The notes under the pieces are model-generated. The model was not told where the DNA came from and did not search any database. It saw only the letters and a program-made list of their open reading frames with translations. The translations under genes were made by a program, and so were the position numbers. Source: Mobula hypostoma (Eukaryota). From it: a stretch of DNA of 64,000 nt. Below are positions 12,101 through 24,999 of the stretch, one piece after another; position 1 is the stretch's first letter, and each line of letters opens with the position of its first letter. The DNA lies in the NCBI RefSeq assembly GCF_963921235.1, contig NC_086097.1, forward strand, positions 35,280,001 to 35,344,000. Reading direction: 5' to 3'.

Positions 12101-13451
12101 TTATTGGAGGGAGTACTAAGAGACAGAATCTACAAGCATTTGGATAGACAGGGACTTATTAGGGAAAGTCAACATGGCTTTGTGCGTGGTAGGTCATGTT
12201 TGACCAATCTATTGGAGTTTTTCGAGGACGTTACCAGGAAAGTGGATGAAGGGAAGGCAGTGGTTGTTGTCTACATGAACTTCAGTAAGGCCTTTGACAA
12301 GGTCCCGCATGGGAGGTTAGTTAGGAAAATTCAGTCGCTAGGTATACATGGAGAGGTGGTAAATTGGATTAGACATTGGCTCAATGGAAGAAGCCAAAGA
12401 GTGGTAGTAGAGGATTGCTTCTCAGAGTGGAGGCCTGTGACTAGTGGTGTGCCACAGGGATCAGTGCTGGGTCCATTGTTATTTGTCATCTGTATCAATG
12501 ATCTGGATAAATTGGATCAGCAAATTTGCTGATAATACAAAGATTGGAGGTGGTGTGGACAGTGAGGAAGGCTTTCAAAGCTTGCAGAGGGATTTGGACC
12601 CAGCTGGAAAAATGGGCTGAAAAATGGCAGATGGAGTTTAATGCAGACAAGTGTGAGGTATTGCACTTTGGAAGGACAAACCAACGTAGAACATACAGGG
12701 TAAATGGTAAGGCACTGAGGAGTGCAGTAGAACAGAGGGATCTGGGAATACAGATACAAAATTCCCTAAAAGTGGCGTCACAGGTAGATAGGGTCGTAAA
12801 GAGAGCTTTTGGTACATTGGCCTTTATTAATCAAAGTATTGAATATAAGAGCTGGAATGTTATGATGAGGTTGTATAAGTAATTGGTGAGGCCGAATCTG
12901 GAGTCTTGTGTTCAGTTTTGGTCACCAAATTACAGGAAGGATATTAATAACGTTGAAAGAGTGCAGAGAAGGTTTACAAGGATGTTGCCGGGACCTGAAA
13001 AACTCAGTTACAGAGAAAGGTTGAATAGGTTAGGACTTTATTCCCTGGAGCGTAGAAGAATGAGGGGAGATTTGATAGAAGTATATAGAATTATGATGGG
13101 TATAGATAGAGTGAATGCAAGCAGGCTTTTTCCACTGAGGCAAGGGGAGAAAAAAAACCAGAGGACATGGGTTAAGGGTGATGGGGGAAAGTTTAAAGGG
13201 AACATTAATGGGGGCTTCTTCACACAGAGAGTGGTGGGAGTGTGGAATGAGCTGTCAGACGAGGTGGTAAATGCAGGTTCTTTTTTAACATTTAAGAATA
13301 AATTGGACAGATACATGGATGGGAGGTGTATGGAGGGATATGGTCCGTGTGCAGGTCAGTGGGACTAGGCAGAAAATGGTTCGACACAGCCAAGAAGGGC
13401 AAAAAGGCCTGTTTCTGTGCTGTAGTTTTTCTATGGTTTCTATGGTTTCTA
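9113..13451 (+). mobile_element. CR1-clade LINE (end of ORF1 plus complete but disrupted ORF2 APE-RT), interrupted by a hAT element
   Basis: APE (YYRPP, GDFNFP, SDH), RT ([31 protein letters not shown]), C-terminal FFTQRVVGVWNEL, tail (ttctatgg)n at 13429-13451; several stops and frameshifts. Confidence 0.95.
10561..11684 (+). mobile_element. Non-autonomous hAT (Charlie/Buster-like) DNA transposon
   Basis: TIRs gagtggtccccaacc / ggttggggacccctg; perfect 8-bp TSD ctcttgaa (10553-10560, 11685-11692); hAT dimerisation-domain remnant FWIKVKAEYPEIATKALKTLLPFPT (10675-10908). Confidence 0.93.
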
Positions 13452-14007
13452 AAAAAGAAGGACCAATAGAATAGTTTGCCTCAAAGTAGTAGAGGAAATT
13501 CTGGATTCTGTTATTAAGAATGCAGTAAAGAGTGCACTTGATAGGTTAGGGTGGGTTTATGGAGAGGAAAGCATGTTTGATAAGTAACTTAGAGGTTTAG
13601 GTAACAAATAGCAAAACTGGCAATGGTGAACCAATTGACCTGCTGTAATTGGACACTTAAACAAATTTTGAAATGATGACCACACAAGATTGAGGCTGAA
13701 TGCATTAGGAATTAGTTTATTGTTCGTTAACAGAAGAAAAACTGAGAGTTGCAATCCTTAGAATATTTTCAAGTTGAGAGCCTATAGCTTTGGACTTCTT
13801 CAAGGATTGGTGCAGAGGTACCAGCTATTCAGATATGACATTGATAGTTTACTCACCTGGGCTGTCTAAGACCAAGGTCATCGTCTCAACATAAGGGGTA
13901 CAGAAGTGAGAAAAAATTTCTTCACACCAAAGGGAGGTGAATCTTTGGAACTCAATGCCTAAGTGGACCGTGGAGGACCAGTTGCTGAATATATTAAACT
14001 ATTTAAA

Positions 14008-14310
14008 GCAGCATGGTGTTGTATCTCGTAGGGCCACTGTCTCACAGATTCAGCCCTGATTTTAAGTGCTGTCTGAGTGGGTTTTGTATGTTCTCCCTGT
14101 GACTACTTGGCTTTTTCTAAATACACTGGTTCTCTCCCACACCTCAGAGATATGGTTTTAATTGACCCATGTAACTTTCACCCACTTTGAGTCTGAGGGA
14201 GTCGAGAATGTGGGGAGAAATTAAAATGGATTAATGATGACTTAGTATAATATTGGCGGTCAGTGAGGATTTGATGGGCTTAACAACCTGTATCCCCATG
14301 ACTCTATAAT
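14008..14310 (+). mobile_element. Degraded V-SINE (HE1-like)
   Basis: V-domain-like gtgggttttgtatgttctccctgtgac...ttctctcccacac followed by a CR1-like tail. Confidence 0.65.
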
Positions 14311-14704
14311 ATTTGATAGATTTTTAGAAATTAAGGGAATCAATAGACGTGGACGATAATGGTCTTCCCTGCCGTGACATCAAGAAAACGTAAGAATACA
14401 ATAATTGGTCATTGAGAAACTGAAGACTATTCACTGTGTACAATCGAAGAATGATTAGAGGGGAGAAGGAATGCCTCCAGTAAAACTGGCAGCCAGGCAC
14501 ATCCACTGGTAATCCAGAGAGTTCAAGTTCGAAGAGCTAAAAGCAAATGCTTTGTAATAGTGAATATTAGATTATTGTAAAAATGTAATTTGCTTTAAGG
14601 TAGTAAATTCGTCATCCTTTCCTGTTCTAACCTATCAATGTGGTTGAAGGTTGAGAATCTTCAGGAACTGTTAAGATGAGCATTAAATACTGATATTAAT
14701 TCTC

Positions 14705-15012
14705 TGGGCCTTCCACTGGTAGGTGAGACTAGAACTAGGGGACATGGCCTCAAGATTTGAGTGAACATATTTAGGATGAAGATGAGGAGAAACTGCTTTT
14801 CTTAGAGAATTCTCTGCCCAGGTAAGCAGTAGACACTACATCATTAGATTTATTTAAGACATAGATAGATTTTTGGATGGCAGGGGAAATAAAGTTTATG
14901 GGGAAAAAGCGGGTAGGTGGAGCTGAGTATGCAGACAGACCAGCCATAATCTTATTGAATGACAGAGCAGGCTCGATGGGCCAAATGGTTTACTCCTGCT
15001 CCAAGTCCTTAT
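14705..15012 (+). mobile_element. CR1 3' fragment
   Basis: agaactaggggacatggcctcaag...gctcgatgggccaaatggtttactcctgctcc matches the 3' ends of other CR1 copies in the window. Confidence 0.7.
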
Positions 15013-15119
15013 GCATACAATCAGAATCAAGTTTCATATCACTGGCATATGACATGAAATCTGTTGAGTAATTTATTATGTAAGGGCATTGTCTCTCATC
15101 CCACCGCGTTTATACCAAG

Positions 15120-15156
15120 GTATAATTGGGCTGGAAAAGGAGTGAGAAGAACAGGA
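15120..15156 (+). other. Possible 37-nt coding micro-exon of an unidentified host gene
   Basis: Pyrimidine-rich tract and AG (15118-15119), perfect GTAAGT donor (15157-15162); only one frame is open (YNWAGKGVRRTG); lies in non-repeat sequence. Peptide not recognised. Confidence 0.25.
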
Positions 15157-15639
15157 GTAAGTATATGGCACTTGATAGCACTATCACCAACACCTTCTGA
15201 TGGTTTGACTGTAGACAGACAGTGCAGTAATTATCTAGATTGGATTTATTCAGCTTATCGTGAAGCCAACATTTATACTGGAATATATTATCTATATACT
15301 TGCTGTAATTCAGTATGACAGTTGACTTCCATATTTTGCAGTTGGAAATGGTGAAAAAATTTGATTTATTTTCCAGCTGTAAATATTAGCATTTTGAATA
15401 TTTTTATATGAATTTTAAAAAAGCATAAGCACTGGGGTTTATAAAATAGGTGCCAAGACTTCCACTGATAAAAATGGCTGGAGCAGACACTTATAGTGAA
15501 GAAGAATGTTTTATTTTGTTTTGTCAAGCTCCCTTCTGGAAGCAAATTGATTTAATCATTTCCTCAAACAAACATGGGTAATTATAATCTAGCCCTTTTT
15601 GCTTTCTAATATGCATTCTGAAACTTAAAATGTTTTTAA

Positions 15640-16010
15640 AAGAGATTATATTTGCTATAGAGGGAGTAAAGCAAAGATTTGGCAGACTGGTCAGTGAGAG
15701 TTTTTTTTTAAATGAAGAGAGACTGAGAAGGATAGCCCTCTATTCCCTTGAGTTTAGTGTATTACGAGGAGATCTCATTGAAATTCTTAGAGACCTTGAC
15801 AACGCAGATCAAGAGAATATGTTTTGGCTTTATAACTTAGATGCCACAATCTCGAAATACAGGTATGTCAATTGGGGATGGAGTTGAGGTGAATCTTTAG
15901 AAATATCCATTTTGCATAGCAATGGAAGATCAGTCATTTACTGCGATTAAAACAGCGATCATTATATTTCTTGAAATTAAAGGTAACAAGGAATATAGGT
16001 TAGGAACAGA
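15640..16010 (+). mobile_element. Highly degraded CR1 3' fragment
   Basis: IFAIEGVKQRF...LYSLEFSVLRGDLIE (ORF 15630-15887). Confidence 0.7.
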
Positions 16011-16068
16011 GGATATAGATTAGGAGCATAAAACAATCAAGGCATATAAAGATTCAAAGAAAATTTTT

Positions 16069-16545
16069 TATCAAAGTACATATATGTCACCATATACAAC
16101 CCCAAGATTCACTGTTTTATGGGTGTACTCAATAAATCCATAGAATAATAACCATAACACAAACAATGAAAGACTGCACCATCTTAGGCATTCAACCACT
16201 GTGCAAAAGAAAACAGTGTGCAAATACAAAAAAAAAGAAATAATAATAATAAATGAATAAGCATTAAATATTGAGGACATGAGATGAAGGGTTCTTGAGA
16301 GTGGACCTATAGGTTGAGGTAACAGTTCAGTGATGGAGCGAGTGAATTTATCCCCTCTGCTTCAATAGCCTGATGTTTGAGGGGTAATAACTGTTCCTGA
16401 ACTCGGTGGTATGAGTTCTGAGGCTCCTGTACCACCTTCCTGATGGTGGCAGTGAGAAGAGAGCATATCATTTGTGGTGGGAATCCCTGATGATGGATGC
16501 TGCTTTCCTGCAACACTGGTTTGTGTAAATGTGCTCAACTGTTGT
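16069..16545 (-). mobile_element. Rex1/Babar LINE 3' fragment
   Basis: Minus strand encodes ALFSLPPSGRWYRSLRTHTTEFRNSYYP (Rex1 C-terminal LPSGRRYR...NSFFP motif), followed by a tail ending tactttgataaaaaat. Confidence 0.8.
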
Positions 16546-17421
16546 CAAAGTCAAAGTGACTCATTCCTTTTTCTTATATTTTTGCATTCTTATGAGTAAC
16601 AGAATTGATTCATAATAAACACCAAGTTGTTGTCCATGTGTAGACTTCTGGTTCTTCTATTATTTTTGGGCATCCAAAATACTAAACATTCTCACAATGA
16701 CTCTGCAGTTTATTTACAAAGTTTTAACCACGTTACCCAATATCCCTCAAGGTTTATATATCGAAACAGTTCTATTTTACTTTAGAAGTGCGAGAGTTGT
16801 GAAGTTGGGAAGTACTTGTGCATGAGTGTTGGGGTAAGTCTCCTGTTGCACTCTTGCCTCTGAGATACTTGTCTCTCAGACTGGAGTAGGTAGCCTGCAC
16901 TGAAGAAGTGCTTCCTTTACATGGAGTCGCAAGCCAAAGCCATGGCTAAGTTGCTTCTGTGTGTGAAATATCAATGTGATTAAGCCATTTGCTCACTTTG
17001 ATAAATTTACTACTATTTTTTGCTACTTAGCAACAATGGCAACTATTTCATGGGACGTGTGATGCTATTTTCTGGTAGTTAACAACGAAATAAAACAGAC
17101 TGTAAATCCATCAGTCTCTGTTCCTTAAAGCTAGACAACAATGACCACTCTACGTTCAGGTGGAGCTCAGGCTCAAAATGTCTATAAAACTTTTCCTATT
17201 GCTTTACTTCCTACCCTAGTAATTCGAGAAGGAGTTTTTCAAAGCCATTCGGGAATGGAAAGAACTGCTGGCTATGTTATTGAAACCCCCATCTTTAATC
17301 ATTAGATCAAGGCATATACTGTACATTCAGAATTTCTATTTTCTTCCCTGTGTGCCAGAGAGAGTTAGACTGAATGAAGAGTTAAATATTTTGTTTCTAA
17401 ATTTCTAATGTACAGCGGATA

Positions 17422-18025
17422 CAATTAATGGCCACTTTATTAGGCACAGGAGAGGAACCCAGTGTGCTTTTCTGCTGCTGCAGCCCAACCACTTTAAGGT
17501 TCAATGCATCGTATGTTCAGAGATGCTCTTCTGCATACCACTGTTGTAATGTGTAATTATTTGATGTATGTCACATTCCTGTCAGTTTTAATCAGTCTGT
17601 CCATTCTTCTCTGAGTATCATTAACAAGACATTTTTGCCACTCACTGAATTTGTTTTTGTTTCTTGTATCATTCTATACAACCTCTAGAGCAGGGGTTCC
17701 CAACCTTCTCTATGGCATGGACCCCTACCATTAACTGAGGGGTCTGTGGACCCCAAGTTGGGAACCCTTGCTGTAGAGACTGTGGTGAGGTAAAATCCCA
17801 GGAGATCAGCAGTTTTGCAGATACTCAAACCACCCTATCTGGCATGAACAATCATACCATGCTCAAAGTCACTTTATTCCCCATCCTGATGTTTGACTTG
17901 AACAACAACTGAACTCTTAAGCATACCTGCACGCTTTTATGCATTGGACTTGCTGCCATATGATTGGCTGATGAGATATTTACATTAACGGGCAATGGTA
18001 TTCCTAACAAAGTGGCAACTGAGTG
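17422..18025. mobile_element. Non-autonomous Tc1-type DNA transposon (MITE)
   Basis: TIRs caattaatggccactttattagg / cctaacaaagtggcaactgagtg, flanked by TA on the left and CA (decayed TA) on the right. Confidence 0.8.
17691..17770. mobile_element. 80-bp hAT (Charlie-type) MITE nested in the Tc1 MITE
   Basis: TIRs caggggttcccaac / gttgggaacccttg; 8-bp TSD ctctagag / ctgtagag, matching the NTCTAGAN hAT-Charlie target preference. Confidence 0.88.
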
Positions 18026-19262
18026 CATATTCTGAACTGTCAGTTCATGTCTACCCTGGTGTTTACTCTTTCTGCACTCAACCAGATCTCATTCCCCACT
18101 AGGACTAAAACTGCAAAAGTACAGCTCCTCCATAGAATAATTTTATTTGGAAGATAAATCATGTGGCAGAGTACCTGGAATATAATTTGAAGTAGTACTG
18201 ACTGGATTGAAGAGATCCAATAAACAAACAGTGATTAGATTGTTCAAACAAAATAATCTAATCGGCGTTGAACAGATGGTGCTAGATTAGAGATCCTGGT
18301 ATAGTTGTTTGTTGTAAAGGTGTTCTCTTTTCCAGTACAGTTGGAACATTAATCTTGATGCCAACAACATCTGCTGTTTGCACATTTAAGTAAGTTCAAT
18401 TCATATACAAGATTCTATATCCTGCCAAACCACAAAGGGTTGGATTGTGCTGTCTCAGTTCCCTCGGCTCCGAATTACTGTCTCTGCATTTGTGTGGACA
18501 TGATATAGAGAATCTTTCCTAGTGGGCCAAACAGTCAAGAGCTCAACAATGTGGTCTAGATGGTGACAGGATGATAGGTGACGGATTGATGTGTACCTAC
18601 CTGTCAAATGCCCCTGAAGCCTTGGACTACTGTTAAAGCTTGTGGTGAGGCTTTGCAGGCTGCAAGAAATGATAACAATTTTCTTCCTTTCTTTTCCAAT
18701 ATTTTTATTAATTTACATATAAGAATGTAGAGTACAGGAAAAAATATATATCTACATTATACTAAATTGTATATAAAGACTCCTTACCCTATATTCATAC
18801 AGATTAATTAATTTGTAACATTGAAATATAGTAATTTTATTATATTAAAAAAACCTAACCCACTACCAAGACCGAAGCTGATTAGTAAAGAAAAAAAGGA
18901 AAAAAAAATTGTCATCATCTGTGCTTTAACAACAAATCAAAGGTTTTGAAAATAATTCAGAAAAGGTCCCCACAATGTTTGAAAGTCTTGAGTAGATTCA
19001 GAGATTGAGCATCGAATCTTCTTTAAATTTAAACATGACATGACATCAGGTAACCATTGAGTGTGAATAGGAGGGGCTGCATCTTTCCATTTAAGCAAGA
19101 GCGTCCTTCTGGCCATAAGAGACATAAAAGCCAAAATGTGCAAGTCAGGTGGCTCCAAAAAAAATCCTTTCCTCCAACAATACCAAATAAAGCGGTCAAA
19201 GGATTAGACTTAAAGTTTACTTTAAAAAGTACCAAGAGAGTTTGAAATACTTCTTTCCAATA

Positions 19263-20870
19263 CAGGTGTCCCCCGCTTTTCGAACGTTAGCTTTATGAAA
19301 CCTCACTGTTACGAAAGACCTACATTAGTTCCCTGTTTTCGCTAACAGAAGGTGTTTTCACTGTTACGAAAAAAGGCAGCTCACGGAAAAAGCTGCACGC
19401 GATAAAAGGCAGCGCAAAAAAAAAATCAGCCCGCATGCCCCGAGCAGCCGCTCCTCCCCTGGATTCAGAATGGCATTCAAGCCGGCATTGCTTAAACACA
19501 TACCTGTGAGCAGCCGTTAGCAAGATGAGTTCTAAGGTATCGGAAAAGCCTAAAAGAGCTCGTAAGGATGTTACACTTAGCGTAAAACCAGACATAATTA
19601 AGCATTTTGATTGTGGTGAACGAAGTAAGGACAAAGTGAGTTTGGCCTGTGGAAGTTGATGAAGATGATGTTGGAGAGGTTTTGGCATCCCATGACCAAG
19701 AACTGATAGATGAAGAGCTGATGCAATTGGAAGAGGAAAGGATAACAATCAAAACCGAATGAGTAATGATAAAGTACGGCTTTAATTTTGAAAGGGTACT
19801 TCGGTTTAGGGCATATTTGCAAGATGGTTTGAGTCCTTACAAAGAACTGTATGATAGAAAAATGTGCGAGGCTCAGCAGTGAAGCATACTGTACTGTCGT
19901 TTTTCAAGCCTTCCACAGCAGACGATGAACCTCGACCTTCGACATTGAGGCAGGCAGAGATAGGAGAAGATGAGCTGCCTGCCCTAATGGAAACAGACAA
20001 TGATGAGATGACACCCCAATGTCCCACCACCCCAACCCCCAGGCCGCAGACAGATACCGATTCGCGGAGAATGCAGCGGTACAGCGGTAGCCAGGAGGCA
20101 CACAGCACATCTTTAAGAAAAGAGCCAAAACAAACATGCTAATTAATTAGGTGCCACCAGGCACTTAATTGTCGGCCTAGATCAGAGGCGATTGCCGATT
20201 GCATCGCCTCTGATCTGGGCCAACAATTGTGTGCCGGGTGGCACCTAATTAATCAGCATGTTTGTTTCGGCTTTTTTCTTAAAGATGTGCTGTGTGCCTC
20301 CTGGCTACCGCTGTACCGCTGCACGCTTCGCAGATCGGGATTGGTCAGCGGCCTGGAGGGTGGGGGCCATTGCACCACCCAAACTCCGACAACTCAGCCT
20401 AACACACCACTATCAGTGTGCTCGGCGCTGTCCCGATTCCGGTAAGTGATACTACACTGTACACACATTATTTCTACTTTATATCGGCTGTGTATTTTTA
20501 TGTGTTATTTGGTATGATTTGTCAGCTTCATAGCTTAAAGGTTACTGGAGAGCGCTTGCGCCGTGTTTTTGCCGACGGCGCTTGCGTGAGATTTTCACTA
20601 CAGAGAACAGTTCAGGCAATGATTGTGGAAAAGTATTTCTAATTTATATAGGCTGTGTATTTATCATATCATTCCTGCTTTTACTATAGGTTACTGTTAT
20701 TTTAGGTTCTATATGTTATTTGGCATGATTTGGTAGGTTATTTTTGGGTCTGTGAAGGCTCACAAAATTTTCCCATATAAATTAATGGTAATTGCTTCTT
20801 CACTTTATGACATTCCGGCTTACAAACCATTTCATAGGAATGCTCTACCTTCGGATGGTGGGGGAACCTA
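19263..20870 (+). mobile_element. Internally deleted Tigger/pogo-like DNA transposon
   Basis: TA TSD (19261-19262, 20871-20872); termini caggtgtcccccgc / ggtgggggaaccta; CENP-B-type N-terminal remnant MSSKVSEKPKRARKDVTLSVKPDIIKHFDCGER from 19525 and acidic VDEDDVGEVLASHDQELIDEELMQLEEE; excision restores L1 FWTCPSLVKYWKEVF. Confidence 0.88.
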
Positions 20871-21378
20871 TATTTTACAAGACTTGGACATGTCCAAAAC
20901 ATATGAATAAGTGAAGTTTCTCCATTATTACATTTATCACAATACGGAGATATATCTAAATAAAAACGAGACAACTTATCCTTGGTCATATGGGCCCTAT
21001 GGACCACTTTAAATTGTAGGAGAGAGTGGCGGACACATAACGATGAAGTGTTAACCAATTTAAAAATTTGATTACAAGTTTCCTCAGAAAATGAAGTCTG
21101 TAAGTCTTGTTCCCAAAGATTTTTAATTTTATCTAAAGGAACACTTCTCATTCCCAGAGCATATTATAAATATTAAATATAGATCAATTATAAAATGGGT
21201 TAAAATTAAAAATTACATCTAGTAGATTCTTATCAGGACTTTTAGGAAATGTACCTATTTGAGACCGTAAAAAATCTCTTATTTGTAGGTATCAAAAAAA
21301 ATGAGTTTTGGATAAACTATATTTAGTTGACAGTTGTTGAAACAAAAAGAGACTTTCCTCTACCAACAAGCCAAAGTA

Positions 21379-22059
21379 TTTTTTTTCAGATTATGAGAAC
21401 ACTCAGTCCTCTTTTATTGTCATTTAGAAATGCATACATGCATTAAGAAATGATACAGTGTTTCTCCGGAGTGATATCACAGAAAACAGGACAAACCAAA
21501 GACTAAAACTGACAGAACCACATAATTATAACATATAGTTACAGCAGTGCAAAGCAATACCATAATTTGATGAAGAACAAACTATGGGCACGGTAAATAA
21601 AGTCTCAAAAGTCCCTGAGTCGATTGACTCCCGAGTCCCTGATAGCAGGTGGCAAAAGGGAGAAACCCTGCCATAAACCTTCAGGCACCGTCAAATGGCC
21701 GATGCCTTAGAAGCAGCCAACACTGAGTCCATCTGTCCGAAAACTTCGAGCTTCCGACCAGCCTCTCCGATACAGCCTCCCGAGCGCCATCCTCTGCCGA
21801 GCGCCTTCGACCTCGTCCCGGCCACTGAAACACGCGAAGCCGAGGATTTCGGGGCCTTCACACCGGAGATTCCGGTTACCACACAGTAGCAGCGGCAGCG
21901 AAGCGGGCATTTCAGAAGTTTTCCAGATGTTCCTCCGTGCTCTCACGTCCGTCTCCATCAAATCAGAATTGTGCACGGTCCTCTACTTGACAGATCACAG
22001 ATATCATTCACTGGAGAGTCCGTGCGCACCGCCGTTGCGCCGCAATCTTCTCCTCCTCC
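21379..22059 (-). mobile_element. GC-rich non-coding SINE-like / non-autonomous retroelement inserted in L1 ORF2
   Basis: Minus strand starts ggaggaggagaagattgcggcg and ends gacaataaaagaggactgagtgttctcataatctgaaaaaaaa; CpG-rich against the AT-rich L1 host; no TSD seen. Confidence 0.65.
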
Positions 22060-23749
22060 GAACTGCAACTTTCGGAATTGTATCCAAATTCTCATAGTGT
22101 GTTTAACTACCAGATTATCAATTAATTTACTCAGAGACAAAGGGAATGAGGATCCAAGAAGAGAAATAATAGAAAATTTATTAACAGAGTTAGCTTCTAA
22201 AGAAACCCACATCCGGCAATCCTCAGGATTTATGTAATATAACCAGAATGTAAGATTTCTTATATTAGTTGCCCAATAATAAAATCTAAAGTTTAGTAGG
22301 GCTAATTCTCCATTCTTTTTGTCTTTCTGAAGATGAATTTTATTTAATCTAGAACGCTTATTCTTCTATATATAAGAAGATATAATAGAGTCAAGAGAAT
22401 CAAAAAAAATTTAGGAATGAAAACAGGCAATGCCTGAAAAAGATATATAAATTTAGGTAATATATTCAATTTGATAGAGTTAATTCAACCAATCAGCAAT
22501 AACGAAGGTGGCAACCAATTTAATAGTATCCCTTTTACGTGATTCAATAGGGTAAGAAAATTTTCTTTAAATAGACACTTATAGTTTTTAGTGATTGTTA
22601 CACCTAAGTAGGTAAGTTGGTTTCTTACAATTTTGAAAGGAAGGTTAGAATTTGCTGGTATCAAATTGTTCAAAGGGAAAAGTTCACTTTTATGTAGGTT
22701 TAATTTATAACCTGAGAACTGACTAAAACAGGAGAGTAAAGAAAGCACATGGGGTAATGCAGTCTCAACATTAGAAATAAATAGCAGCAGATTATCAGCG
22801 TATAGCGAGACTTTGTGAATAGTGTCTCTCCTTAAAATACCGGTGATATCATTAGATTCTCGAAAGGCAATGGCTAAGGGTTCTAAGGCCAGATCAAAAA
22901 GCAAAGGGCTCAACGGACAGCCTTGTTTAGTGCCATGTTGAAGCTTAAATGGCTTAGAATTATGAGAATTAGTGATAACCCTAACGGAAGGAGCTAACTA
23001 AAGTAATTTAATCCATTGAATGAAAACGGGTCCAAAATTGAATTTTTCTAAAGTCTTAAATAAATAATTCCATTCAACTCTGTCAAAAGCTTTCTTAGCA
23101 TCCAGGGATACCACACATTCCGATATCATGCTTGAAGGAGAATAAATAGCATTTAATAACTGATGAATATTAAAGTGAGAATATCGATTTTCGATAAATC
23201 CAGTTTGGTTATCAGAAATGACAGATGGTAAAATATTTTCAATTCTATGGGCCAAAACTTTAGATAGGATCTTATATCAACATTAAGTAAAGAAATTGGT
23301 CTATAAGAAGAGCATTCAGTTGGATCCTTATTCCTTTTAAGAATAAGTGAAATAGAAACCTCATAAAAAGATTGAGGGAGTTTGCCTGACTTAAATGAAT
23401 CTGAAAAACTGAACATAAATGAGGTATAAGCAGTGAGGAAAAGGTCTTGTAAAATTCTCCAGAAAATCCATCTGGACCCAGAGCTTTCCTCAAACGTAAT
23501 GAGCGCACAACCTCAGCAATTTCCTCAAGAGAAATAGGTTGTTCCAACAACTTTCTGTTGTTGGCAGAAATTGTAGGAATGTTTAGTTGATCTAAAATAT
23601 TGTTCATTACAATATTATCCTTAGAAGATTCAAAACTATAGAGTTTAGAGTAAACAACAGGAATTCTGTAGATGCTGGAAATTCAAGCAACACACATAAA
23701 AGTTGCTGGTGAACGCAGCAGGCCAGGCAGCAACTGTAGGAAGAGGTGC

Positions 23750-23785
23750 AGTCGACGTTTCAGGCCGAGACCCTTCATCAGGACT
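23750..23785 (-). ncRNA. Minimal type I hammerhead ribozyme (PLE-associated)
   Basis: Minus strand AGUC-CUGAUGA-AGG(gucucgg)CCU-GAAA-C-GUC-GACU: intact core, stem I AGUC/GACU, stem II AGG/CCU, palindromic ACGU in place of stem III. Confidence 0.85.
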
Positions 23786-24357
23786 AACTGAAGGAAGAGT
23801 GAGTAAGGGATTTGAAAATTGGAGGGGGAGGGGGAGATCCAAAATGATAGGAGAAGACAGGAGGGGGAGGGATAGAGCCGCGAGCTGGACAGGTGATAGG
23901 CAAAAGGGGATACGAGAGGATCATGGGACAGGAGGTCCGGGAAGAAAGAGAAGGAGGAGGGGGGAGACCCAGAGGATGGGCAAGAGGTATATTCAGAGGG
24001 ACAGAGGGAGAAAAAGGAGAGTGAGAGAAAGAATATGTGCATAAAAATAAGTAACAGATGGGGTACGAGGGGGAGGTGGGGCCTTAGCGGAAGTTAGAGA
24101 AGTCGATGTTCATGCCATCAGGTTGGAGGCTACCCAGACGGAATATAAGGTGTTGTTCCTCCAACCTGAGTGTGGCTTCATCTTTACAGTAGAGGAGGCC
24201 GTGGATAGACATGTCAGAATGGGAATGGGATGTGGAATTAAAATGTGTGGCCACTGGGAGATCCTGCTTTCTCTGGCAGACAGAGCGTAGATGTTCAGCA
24301 AAGCGGTCTCCCAGTCTGCGTCGGGTCTCGCCAATATATAAAAGGCCACATCGGGAG

Positions 24358-24697
24358 AAAGTCCTTCCAGGTGAGGCAACACTTCACCTGTGAGTCGACT
24401 GGGGTGATATACTGCGTCCGGTGCTCCCGATGTGGCCTTTTATATATTGGCAAGACCCAACGCAGACTGGGAGACCGCTTTGCTGAACATCTACGGTCTG
24501 TCCGCCAGAGAAAGCAGGATCTCCCAGTGGCCACACATTTTAATTCCACATCCCATTCCCATTCTGACATGTCTATCCACGGCCTCCTCTACTGTAAAGA
24601 TGAAGCCACACTCAGGTTGGAGGAACAACACCTTATATTCCGTCTGGGTAGCCTCCAACCTGATGGCATGAACATCGATTTCTCTAAATTCCGCTAA
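24358..24697 (+). pseudogene. GIY-YIG endonuclease domain of the PLE ORF (5'-truncated, frame open)
   Basis: FTCESTGVIYCVRCSRCGLLYIGKTQRRLGDRFAEH...LEEQHLIFRLGSLQPDGMN: VIY/YIG, CxxC, conserved R, E and N. Confidence 0.92.
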
Positions 24698-24999
24698 GGC
24701 CCCACCTCCCCCTCGTACCCCATCTGTTACTTATTTTTATGCACACATTCTTTCTCTCACTCTCCTTTTTCTCCCTCTGTCCCTCTGAATATACCTCTTG
24801 CCCATCCTCTGGGTCCCCCCCCCCACCCCCCCCCGTCTTTCTTCCCGGACCTCCTGTCCCATGATCCTCTCGTATCCCCTTTTGCCTATCACCTGTCCAG
24901 CTCTTGGCACTATCCCTCCCCCTCCTGTCTTCTCCTATCATTTTGGATCTCCCTCTCCCCCTCTAACTTTCAAATCCCTTACTCACTCTTCCTTCAGTT

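Larger units (their letters stand above)
8890..13995 (+). mobile_element. Old degraded CR1 RT fragment split by a younger CR1 (host parts about 8890-9112 and 13452-13995)
   Basis: ELVDALVVIFQNSVDTGTVTTDWK before the insertion resumes as aaaaaagaaggacca...gtagtagaggaaattctggattctgttattaag (KKG..RP..VVGKILES-like) after it. Confidence 0.65.

Noticed and set aside
24245..24697. 150-aa stand-alone GIY-YIG nuclease gene
   Set aside because: The first 38 or so codons are the antisense of the inverted arm and the start is GTG; it is a truncated PLE ORF.
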